Shown: one piece after another, positions 8,457 to 15,774 of the stretch | Layout: each line of letters begins with the position of its first letter | Position numbering within the stretch: position 1 is the stretch's first letter | Assembly: GCA_964399425.1 (NCBI GenBank) | Contig: CAYNQR010000002.1 | Coordinates: forward strand, 26,558-90,557 | Reading direction: 5' to 3' | DNA length: 64,000 nt | Source: an uncultured Dehalococcoidales bacterium | Lineage (GTDB): Bacteria; Chloroflexota; Dehalococcoidia; Dehalococcoidales; UBA5627 | Position numbers and translations under genes: made by a program | Notes under the pieces: generated by a model | What the model was told of the DNA's origin: nothing | The model's input: only the letters and a program-made list of their open reading frames with translations | Databases searched by the model: none

Positions 8457-8756
8457 ATGAAAAAAATTGATATAATCGTTAAGAAAATAGAAAGCCTAAA
8501 GCCGATACTTAAAGAACAATTTAAGGTTGAAAGTATTGGCATTTTTGGCTCCTATACGAAAGGCACTCAAAGAAAGGATAGCGATATCGATATCTTAGTT
8601 GAATTTGAGGAATCGGCTGACTTGAGCCTTCTGGATTTTATTAAATTGGAGAATTATCTAAGCGAAGTACTGAAACTAAAGGTAGATCTGGTTGAAAAAA
8701 CTGCTTTAAAACCCAGGATAGGGATGCGTATTTTGGAAGAAGTCATCAGATTATGA
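8457..8756 (+). CDS. mntA: nucleotidyltransferase-domain antitoxin (MntA-type)
   Basis: 99 aa. The GIFGSYTKGTQRKDSDIDILVEF minimal NTase motif (GS...DxD) is present. It overlaps the next gene by 4 nt. Confidence 0.85.
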   Translation: MKKIDIIVKKIESLKPILKEQFKVESIGIFGSYTKGTQRKDSDIDILVEFEESADLSLLDFIKLENYLSEVLKLKVDLVEKTALKPRIGMRILEEVIRL

Positions 8757-9097
8757 AAGGGGAGTTTCTGGATTATCTCGAAGACATTGCCGAAGCTATG
8801 GGCGATGTGATGAAATTTGTGAAGAATACACAAGAGTATGATGATTTCGCTGCGGATAAAAAGACGATCTATGCTGTTACCAGGGCGATAGAAATTATTG
8901 GCGAGGCATCTAAAAAAATACCCGATAAAGTAAAAACGGATTATTCGCAGATACCCTGGAAAGAAATGGCCGGTATGCGCGATAAGCTGATCCATGAGTA
9001 TTTCGGTGTTGATACTAAAAGAGTCTGGAATACTGTTAAAAAGGATATTCCCGGTTTAATCCCCTTGTTTGATAAGATTCTAAAGGATTTAAAATAA
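8753..9097 (+). CDS. hepT: HepT (DUF86, HEPN) toxin
   Basis: 114 aa. RDKLIHEYFGVD is the Rx4HxY HEPN motif. Confidence 0.85.
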   Translation: MKGEFLDYLEDIAEAMGDVMKFVKNTQEYDDFAADKKTIYAVTRAIEIIGEASKKIPDKVKTDYSQIPWKEMAGMRDKLIHEYFGVDTKRVWNTVKKDIPGLIPLFDKILKDLK

Positions 9098-9233
9098 GAA
9101 TTATCTGTTTATTTTGTTTAACGATTTTTCACAGTTACAATCATTTTTGAAATTAATCGTTGTTTTCAATCTTTTCAGTCGCTCGTGTTGAGTTCCGACC
9201 AGTCGGGACGAGACTGATGAGGGTTGTAAATCT

Positions 9234-11585
9234 CTACCTCAAATTGATAACCGTCACACCATCCCCGCCCTCGCCGGCAGGTACGGTTTCGAAATTCTTT
9301 ACCAGCGGGTGGTGTGATGCCAGATCGCGCACAATCGAGCGTACCGTTCCGGTACCGTAGCCATGCACGATGCGCACTCTTTTCAGGTTGGAGACGGCGG
9401 CATCGTTTAAGTAGTTATCCAGCAGTACCTCTACCTCGTCGGCGCGTTTGCCGCGCAGGTCGAGTTCCATCGACATCTGTCGTAACGGAATATTCACCTG
9501 CACGCTGTAATCCTTTTCTTTTTTATCATCAGACGACAACTTTAATAAGCCGTTGCGGTCGGTTTTGAAGCTCATCGACCCGGTTGTTACTTCCACCTGC
9601 CCGGTCCTGTCATTTATCGAGATCACTTTCGCCTTGACGCCGACTTCCTTGATCAGCACGTTATCGCCGACAGATATAACCGAATCGTCCTCAGGCAATG
9701 TTTCCTCTTCTTCAGCCAGAAGACCCTCACGTATTTGCTGGCGAACGGATTGAGATGTTTGCCGGGCTCCCCTGATAGCTTGCTGCGATTTCTCCCTGCG
9801 CAGCTCGGTAACGACGATTTTCAGTTCCTTTTCCAGCCGCGATACCTCTTCGATAATGGAGTCGCGGGCGTTCTGCTTCAATATCTGCTTTTCTTCCTTG
9901 AATTTCTTCAATTCGGTTGTCAGTTCTCTATTCTGGCGTGTGTATAATATTTTTGCGTCTTCCAGTTCCCGGTTCAACGTCTCCAACCTTTGTTTTTCCT
10001 GCTGGATATTGGTTAACAGTTCTTCCAGTTGGCGCGAGCCTTCCTGCAGAGAGCTTCTGGCCATGCTTATGACCTCTTGCGGCAACCCGAAATGAGCGGC
10101 GGTAGCGATGGCGTTGGAGCCGCCGGGGGTTCCCAGCGTCAGCTTATAAGTCGGGTTCATCGTCTCGGGGTCGAAATCGAACGAGGCATTCTGCAATCCC
10201 TCGGTTACATGCGCAAATACCTTCAAGTCTGTATAATGGGTAGTCACGGCAGCCAGAGAGTGAGAGGCGAATATATGGAGTAAAATCGCCCTGCCTAAAG
10301 CCGAGCCTTCATTGGGGTCGGTGCTGGCTCCCAGTTCGTCTAAAAGAACCAAATTATAGCCCTGTAATTTTTTCAGGATGCGGGCAATATTGCTCATATG
10401 CCAGCTGAAGGTCGAGAGCGTCTGCGCAATGCTTTGCTCATCCCCGATATCGGCATAGATGCCGTCAAGTACCGGCAGCCTGCTGGTAGGTGCGGCGGGA
10501 ATCGGCAGTCCGGACTGCGTCATCAGGCATAACAAGCCGATTGTTTTTAAGGCGACGGTCTTGCCCCCGGTATTGGGCCCGGTGATAATCAGGATCGAAA
10601 AATCGCTGCCGATTTCAATGCTGAGCGGAACGGCACTGTCTCCCAGCAGGGGATGGCGGGCGTCATCGAGCTTGATTACGGGAGGCGTAGATGAATCCGC
10701 TTTATAAACAGAGGCCTCGCTGGCCTTGAAACGCCGCGCAAAACGCGCTTTTGCCAGTGCCAGGTCGAGTACGGCAGTAGCTTCGATGCTGTCGATTATA
10801 TCATCGCTGACACCGCCGATTAGTTCGCTTATTTCGGTCAGTATGCGGGCAATTTCACGTTTTTCCTCTATTTGTTCTTCTTTTAAGGCGTTGCCAAGTT
10901 CCAGCGCCTGTAATGGTTCGATAAACAGGGTGGCTCCCGAATTGGAAACATCATGAACGATGCCGCTGATTTCCTTGCGGTATTCACTCTTAATCGGGAT
11001 GACATAACGTCCTTCACGCTCTGTGATTAAAGCTTCCTGGATGAAATGCTGCTGCGTTCCGGTGGATATAAGCCCCTGTAAAGTATTCATCAGGGCAGAC
11101 TTTTTTGCCTGCTGGTTCTGTCGTATCGATATCAGTTTTGCCGAGGCGTTGGGCAGGATTTCGCCGTCTATGGAAATCGCCCGGTCGATGGCTCTTTCAA
11201 TCGGGATAAATTCGCTGATGCGGTCGGCATATTCGAATAACACGGGGAATTTATCGGGATGGTCTGCTATTTCGCTACGCAGCAGGCGCATTGTCTGCAA
11301 AGAGGTACAAATCAACCTGAGCGTTTTCGGGTCGAGTACCTGCCCGCGGGATGCGGCAACAGCATAATCGCGAATATCCTCGACTCCGCTGGCGGACGCC
11401 GAACTGTCCGCTTCAATCAAAACGCCGGCTTCCTTCGATTCCTCAAGACGTTTATTTATTTCGTCAATGTCGGTAGAAGGGGATAGAGATATCGCCATAT
11501 CGCGGCTGATCGAAAACGAACAATAGCCGGCGATGATTTCACGGATGCGCGGGAATTCCAGCAGTTCCAGGTCTTTGTTGTCCAT
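9234..11585 (-). CDS. mutS2: endonuclease MutS2
   Basis: The Walker A motif ITGPNTGGKT, a long coiled-coil and a C-terminal Smr domain (LDLRGKRADEV...IVHGYGTG) are present. Homology begins at MDNKDLELLEF (ATG at 11585), and the upstream 122 codons of the ORF run through a repeat element. Confidence 0.92.
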   Translation of the reverse strand: MDNKDLELLEFPRIREIIAGYCSFSISRDMAISLSPSTDIDEINKRLEESKEAGVLIEADSSASASGVEDIRDYAVAASRGQVLDPKTLRLICTSLQTMRLLRSEIADHPDKFPVLFEYADRISEFIPIERAIDRAISIDGEILPNASAKLISIRQNQQAKKSALMNTLQGLISTGTQQHFIQEALITEREGRYVIPIKSEYRKEISGIVHDVSNSGATLFIEPLQALELGNALKEEQIEEKREIARILTEISELIGGVSDDIIDSIEATAVLDLALAKARFARRFKASEASVYKADSSTPPVIKLDDARHPLLGDSAVPLSIEIGSDFSILIITGPNTGGKTVALKTIGLLCLMTQSGLPIPAAPTSRLPVLDGIYADIGDEQSIAQTLSTFSWHMSNIARILKKLQGYNLVLLDELGASTDPNEGSALGRAILLHIFASHSLAAVTTHYTDLKVFAHVTEGLQNASFDFDPETMNPTYKLTLGTPGGSNAIATAAHFGLPQEVISMARSSLQEGSRQLEELLTNIQQEKQRLETLNRELEDAKILYTRQNRELTTELKKFKEEKQILKQNARDSIIEEVSRLEKELKIVVTELRREKSQQAIRGARQTSQSVRQQIREGLLAEEEETLPEDDSVISVGDNVLIKEVGVKAKVISINDRTGQVEVTTGSMSFKTDRNGLLKLSSDDKKEKDYSVQVNIPLRQMSMELDLRGKRADEVEVLLDNYLNDAAVSNLKRVRIVHGYGTGTVRSIVRDLASHHPLVKNFETVPAGEGGDGVTVINLR

Positions 11586-11739
11586 AACTATCTTTGTATT
11601 ATAAAGAGTTATATATAAAATTGAAAATTCGATAATTGATTTGATTCTCTTCGTAACGTGAATCGTCGATAATAGTACTTTTCTTGATGCTCTGTCAGGA
11701 ACATTAAATATTATGCAGGGAAGTCGTCGAATTGTCCGA

Positions 11740-11841
11740 AATGACAATTTAATCGTTAACCCTGTAGGGACGGGCATTGCCCGTCCGCCAAATACGGAAA
11801 CATAAATGCGGACGACCTTGGTCGTCACTATGTTTTTATTT
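11740..11841 (+). repeat. dispersed double-hairpin repeat, copy 1
   Basis: Palindrome GGACGGGCATTGCCCGTCC (11768-11786), an A-rich linker, GGACGACCttGGTCGTC (11810-11826), then a T-run. By eye it is near-identical to 51597-51701. Confidence 0.8.
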
Positions 11842-12245
11842 GCCATACGGTCTATTTGGGAAAGCTGCTTCGCCTTCTCCCCATAAAGGGGACTTACGCC
11901 TCCGGGAATGGACTCACAATGGCAATTGTAAAAAAAGGCAGGAAATAGCACTCCGCGATTCTCTCACTTTGGAAAAGGGAGATTAAGAGGGATTTTAATG
12001 CAATTCGATTTTAGGCGCAGTTATGGTTCGATCTCGATGAATCGCGATTTCGTTCCGAACTATGGAACTCAACATCTTTCGGCACGGCTTTGCTATTTAT
12101 CCCGTGCATCCTGAGTTTATCGAAGGACACGAGTGGCTATAGTTTTTTTTAAGTACAAAGTTAAAAAATCCGCTCGCTCTGAGCCTGTCGAAGGGTTTAA
12201 GATCGGAAGCCTCCGGGATTTATAAATAAGCCTTATCCTCATTAG

Positions 12246-12274
12246 TTGACATCACACCATCAAAAAACTATAAT
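12246..12274 (+). promoter_or_regulatory. consensus sigma70 promoter (TTGACA-17-TATAAT)
   Basis: TTGACA tcacaccatcaaaaaac TATAAT lies about 55 nt upstream of the DUF134 gene. Confidence 0.65.
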
Positions 12275-12327
12275 AACGGTCATATGGGCAAAATAACTAA
12301 CCAAATCATTCAGGAGTCATACGCTTA

Positions 12328-12723
12328 ATGGGCAGACAGCCTCTGTGTCGCAGGGTGGGTTTCATCCCCGCAGTCACCAGCTTTACGCCGTCCGGAAAGC
12401 AGCTTTCCTCGTTTCAGGAAGTAAAACTCACCGTCGAAGAACTTGAAGCCATCCGTTTGAAAGATATAGAAGAACTGGAGCTTGAGGATTGCGCCCAGGA
12501 GATGAACGTATCGCGCACCACTTTTTCACGCATACTGGATGCAGCGCGTAAAAATATTGCCGATGCTCTTTTAAACGGCAAGGCGATAGTTATTGAGGGT
12601 GGTAATTTTGAAATATCGGCCATCAGGCAGTTTACCTGTCCGCTGGGAAATAAATGGTATGCTACCGGCGAGCATGTGACAAGCCGGTTGCCGCAGGATT
12701 GCCCCAGGCGCAATAAACAGTAA
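12328..12723 (+). CDS. DUF134 / UPF0251 family DNA-binding protein
   Basis: LTVEELEAIRLKDIEELELEDCAQEMNVSRTTFSRILDAARKNIADAL is the typical DUF134 HTH region. Confidence 0.8.
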   Translation: MGRQPLCRRVGFIPAVTSFTPSGKQLSSFQEVKLTVEELEAIRLKDIEELELEDCAQEMNVSRTTFSRILDAARKNIADALLNGKAIVIEGGNFEISAIRQFTCPLGNKWYATGEHVTSRLPQDCPRRNKQ

Positions 12724-12798
12724 AAGATGACATCAGCAGTTTATAGACTGTATTATATACGGAATATATAAAAATAATTAAGTTATGGAGGGTATTTG

Positions 12799-13833
12799 AT
12801 GGTAACTGAGGAGCAAATCAGGAAGGAACTGAACGAACTGGTAGTTCCCGGCCTGACCAGAACCGTGGGCAGTATGAACCTGATCACGGATGTCAAAATC
12901 GAAGAGAAAAAGGTTTCTTTAACATTGGCGGCAGCCGGTATGACCACGCTGGTACAGGGCGTGTTAAGAGCCAAAATCACCAAAATCGTCGGGCCGCTAA
13001 GCGGCGGCAGCGAAGTGGAAGTGAATTTTGAAAATGTTAAGCCGGGTGTCCTGAATAAAATTAAAAATATAGTGGCTATCATGAGCGGCAAGGGCGGCGT
13101 CGGTAAATCGCTGGTAGCCGGGCTGACAGCCGTATCGCTTAAAAGAATGGGCTACAACGTCGGTATTCTGGATGCCGATATTACCGGTCCCAGTGTTCCC
13201 AAGATGTTCGGCGTTACCGACAGGCCTGCCGGAGACGAAACCGGTATCCTGCCTGTTTTATCCAAATCGGGTATCAGGGTAATGTCAATCAATCTGCTGC
13301 TGCCGGCAGAAGATGATGCCGTTATCTGGCGCGGGCCATTGATTGCCAGGGCAATCGAGCAGTTCTGGCAGGACGTCCACTGGGGAGACCTTGATTACCT
13401 TGTCATCGACTTGCCGCCGGGAACCTCCGATGCCGCTTTAACGGTGATGCAGTCCATACCCATAACCGGCGCTGTAGTCGTTTATACTCCCCAGGATTTG
13501 GCGATGATGATTGTCCGCAAAGCCTTCAGCATGGCGAAGAATATGGAGAAGCCGGTGCTGGGTGTCGTTGAGAATATGAGTTACATCTACATCCCCGAAT
13601 TGAAGCAGAAAGTGGAACTGTTCGGAGCCAGCCAGGCGGATATGATGGTTCAGGCTGCCGATGCCCCGCTTTTAGCCCAGATTCCGGTCGACCCGAATCT
13701 GGCAAAACTGTGCGACGAGGGCAGGGTGGAAGATTACGAAGCTGATTTCATCAAGCCGATGGGTGAAAACATCATAAAATCCATTGCCGATAAGAAAGCC
13801 GCTAAAAAAGCTGCCAAAGAATCCGAAAAATAG
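12799..13833 (+). CDS. mrp: Mrp/NBP35 (ApbC) family Fe-S cluster carrier ATPase
   Basis: An N-terminal DUF59-like domain and the deviant Walker A MSGKGGVGKS are present. The ATG at 12799 follows GGAGGG. Confidence 0.9.
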   Translation: MVTEEQIRKELNELVVPGLTRTVGSMNLITDVKIEEKKVSLTLAAAGMTTLVQGVLRAKITKIVGPLSGGSEVEVNFENVKPGVLNKIKNIVAIMSGKGGVGKSLVAGLTAVSLKRMGYNVGILDADITGPSVPKMFGVTDRPAGDETGILPVLSKSGIRVMSINLLLPAEDDAVIWRGPLIARAIEQFWQDVHWGDLDYLVIDLPPGTSDAALTVMQSIPITGAVVVYTPQDLAMMIVRKAFSMAKNMEKPVLGVVENMSYIYIPELKQKVELFGASQADMMVQAADAPLLAQIPVDPNLAKLCDEGRVEDYEADFIKPMGENIIKSIADKKAAKKAAKESEK

Positions 13834-13857
13834 TCTGATTTAAACGCGATTAATTTA

Positions 13858-13894
13858 ATACCCCGAACCTGAAAAAGGTTCGGGGTATATTTAT
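13858..13894 (+). terminator. hairpin terminator after mrp
   Basis: ATACCCCGAACC-tgaaaaa-GGTTCGGGGTAT is followed by ATTTAT. The stem is perfect at 12 bp but the U-tract is weak. Confidence 0.55.
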
Positions 13895-14099
13895 ATTAAC
13901 GAAAAGTCTGGTGAAATAATTACAAACAGCCTTGTTGCAGATAGCACTGCAAAGAAGTACTGAAAAGGTAATATAATTCCATTGTATTCTTAAAAAATAG
14001 GTTGACATTATGCCTGATTCTGTAATACTATTAGCTGTTTTGTAATTTTTACAAAAGTACCGATACTATATATTCTATCCGGATATTAGAGGAGTTTAG

Positions 14100-15584
14100 A
14101 TGAAGAGTAAAATAACCGGTATCCTTATAACACTGTCGTTACTGTTAAGTCTGTGCCTGGTGGCTTCCACTCAGGTAATGGCAGACCCGGTCGTTTATTA
14201 TGTCGATGATGATAATACAGGAAGCGAAGACGGAACTTTGGTTAATCCTTATAATACGATTACAGAAGCTGTTACCGCCGCTTCTAATGGTGATACGATT
14301 ATTGTTGCCGGCGGAACATATACAGAGACGGTAAACGTAGACAAGAGCGTGAAAATAAAAGTGCAAAGCCTTGAAACGGCAACTCTCACTCCATCCGGCG
14401 GCAATGGATTTTATATAACTGCCGATAATGTTACCATAGAAGGCTTCACCATAACGGGGGCTTATGATGCGATATATTTGGATGGTGTTTCAGGTTGTAC
14501 CATAACCGGCAACACGATTGGTGATTCTACTGATATATCAATCATGTTATCGTATGCAAATACATGTATCGTACAAGGGAATACCTGTTTGGATAATACG
14601 GTGTACGACATATATATATATTATTCAGAGGGCAATATTATACTGAACAATATATGCCAGGGTGATTATGCAATTTATCTTGAAGAATCGGCCAGAAATA
14701 ATATATCCGGCAACTCTTGTGAATATGGTGATTACGGCATCTATTTACTGGATGCCATAGATAATGTCTTCGTGGCGAATATATGCAGCAATTATGGTGA
14801 AGGTTATGGCATTTATATAACAACTGGTTCCTCAAATGTATTATATTCGCGCAATACTTTCATATTTAATACGCTGGATGATAATGACCGCGGTGTTTAT
14901 TTTAACGTTCCGGAGATAGATGCAAGCCTGATATATTTTAAAAATAATAATCTAACCAACAATTATACCGGTGTTGAATATTTTAGTGACACTTATTTTG
15001 TCGATGCCACTCAAAACTATTGGGCCGGTAATTGGAACGATGTTTTAGGTTATGTTAACATGGCCGATCGCCTGTATTCTCCCGTACTATATTCCATGAC
15101 GGAAATTGAGTCGTGGGTGACAATTATAACCACAACGTCTACCACAACAGCAACAAGCACATCGACTGAGACATCGACAATAACCAGCACGACCAGTTTG
15201 ACGGAAACGGCGACATTAACATCTACTGCTACCGAGACGTCTACAACTACTGAAACGAATACGGATACCGTTATAAGAACGATTTCCTCGATATCGACGG
15301 TTCCTGAAGGGACTGTTACCATGCTGGATCCGACGACGTTGACCGAAACGCAATCGGTAACATCTACGGATACGCAAACAAATACGTCAACTCAATTCGT
15401 AACAAGCACCGATACGCAATCCCTGACGATTACGGTTTCCGTTCCGCAAACTGTCAATCACACCACTACAACGACTTTGACTGCAACCGAAGAGACACTG
15501 GATTGGCCGCTGATAATCATTATCTCTGTAGCCGGGTTGCTTGCCGGCGGGTTGATAGTAACCATAATAATCAGAAAAATATAA
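14100..15584 (+). CDS. secreted right-handed beta-helix (NosD/PbH1-like) protein with Thr-rich stalk and C-terminal TM anchor
   Basis: It has a signal peptide. Repeated ...ITGNTI / ...GNTC / ...ISGNSC turns occur. A roughly 110-aa T/S/E-rich low-complexity region follows. A terminal hydrophobic helix ends in RKI. Confidence 0.7.
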   Translation: MKSKITGILITLSLLLSLCLVASTQVMADPVVYYVDDDNTGSEDGTLVNPYNTITEAVTAASNGDTIIVAGGTYTETVNVDKSVKIKVQSLETATLTPSGGNGFYITADNVTIEGFTITGAYDAIYLDGVSGCTITGNTIGDSTDISIMLSYANTCIVQGNTCLDNTVYDIYIYYSEGNIILNNICQGDYAIYLEESARNNISGNSCEYGDYGIYLLDAIDNVFVANICSNYGEGYGIYITTGSSNVLYSRNTFIFNTLDDNDRGVYFNVPEIDASLIYFKNNNLTNNYTGVEYFSDTYFVDATQNYWAGNWNDVLGYVNMADRLYSPVLYSMTEIESWVTIITTTSTTTATSTSTETSTITSTTSLTETATLTSTATETSTTTETNTDTVIRTISSISTVPEGTVTMLDPTTLTETQSVTSTDTQTNTSTQFVTSTDTQSLTITVSVPQTVNHTTTTTLTATEETLDWPLIIIISVAGLLAGGLIVTIIIRKI

Positions 15585-15637
15585 ACTCCTGAATCGGTTT
15601 CTTATGGTTCAGGCATTAGATATATAACAATAGCAAA

Positions 15638-15680
15638 GAGGCTGTCCCTGTACCGGGGCAGCCTCTCTCTTTTATTTTAT
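15638..15680 (+). terminator. intrinsic terminator
   Basis: GAGGCTGTCCC-tgtacc-GGGGCAGCCTC is followed by TCTCTCTTTTATTTT. Confidence 0.75.
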
Positions 15681-15727
15681 AACTGATGCCGGGGAATACT
15701 CTTTAACTATTTCTCCCAACCCACCAG

Positions 15728-15757
15728 GTTCTTCTCCCGATAAATCGGGAGAAGAAC
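15728..15757. terminator. perfect 13-bp hairpin between convergent genes (strand ambiguous)
   Basis: GTTCTTCTCCCGA-taaa-TCGGGAGAAGAAC lies 18 nt downstream of the acs stop. The only T-run (gacATTTTT) is on the plus strand. Confidence 0.4.
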
Positions 15758-15774
15758 GACATTTTTACCGGTAT

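Noticed and set aside
11586-11951. The 122-codon N-terminal extension of the 905-aa MutS2 ORF in the track.
   Set aside because: MutS2 homology starts at MDNKDLELLEF (ATG at 11585). The extension is a read-through translation of the intergenic double-hairpin repeat (…GGRAMPVPTG…) and lacks a plausible RBS.
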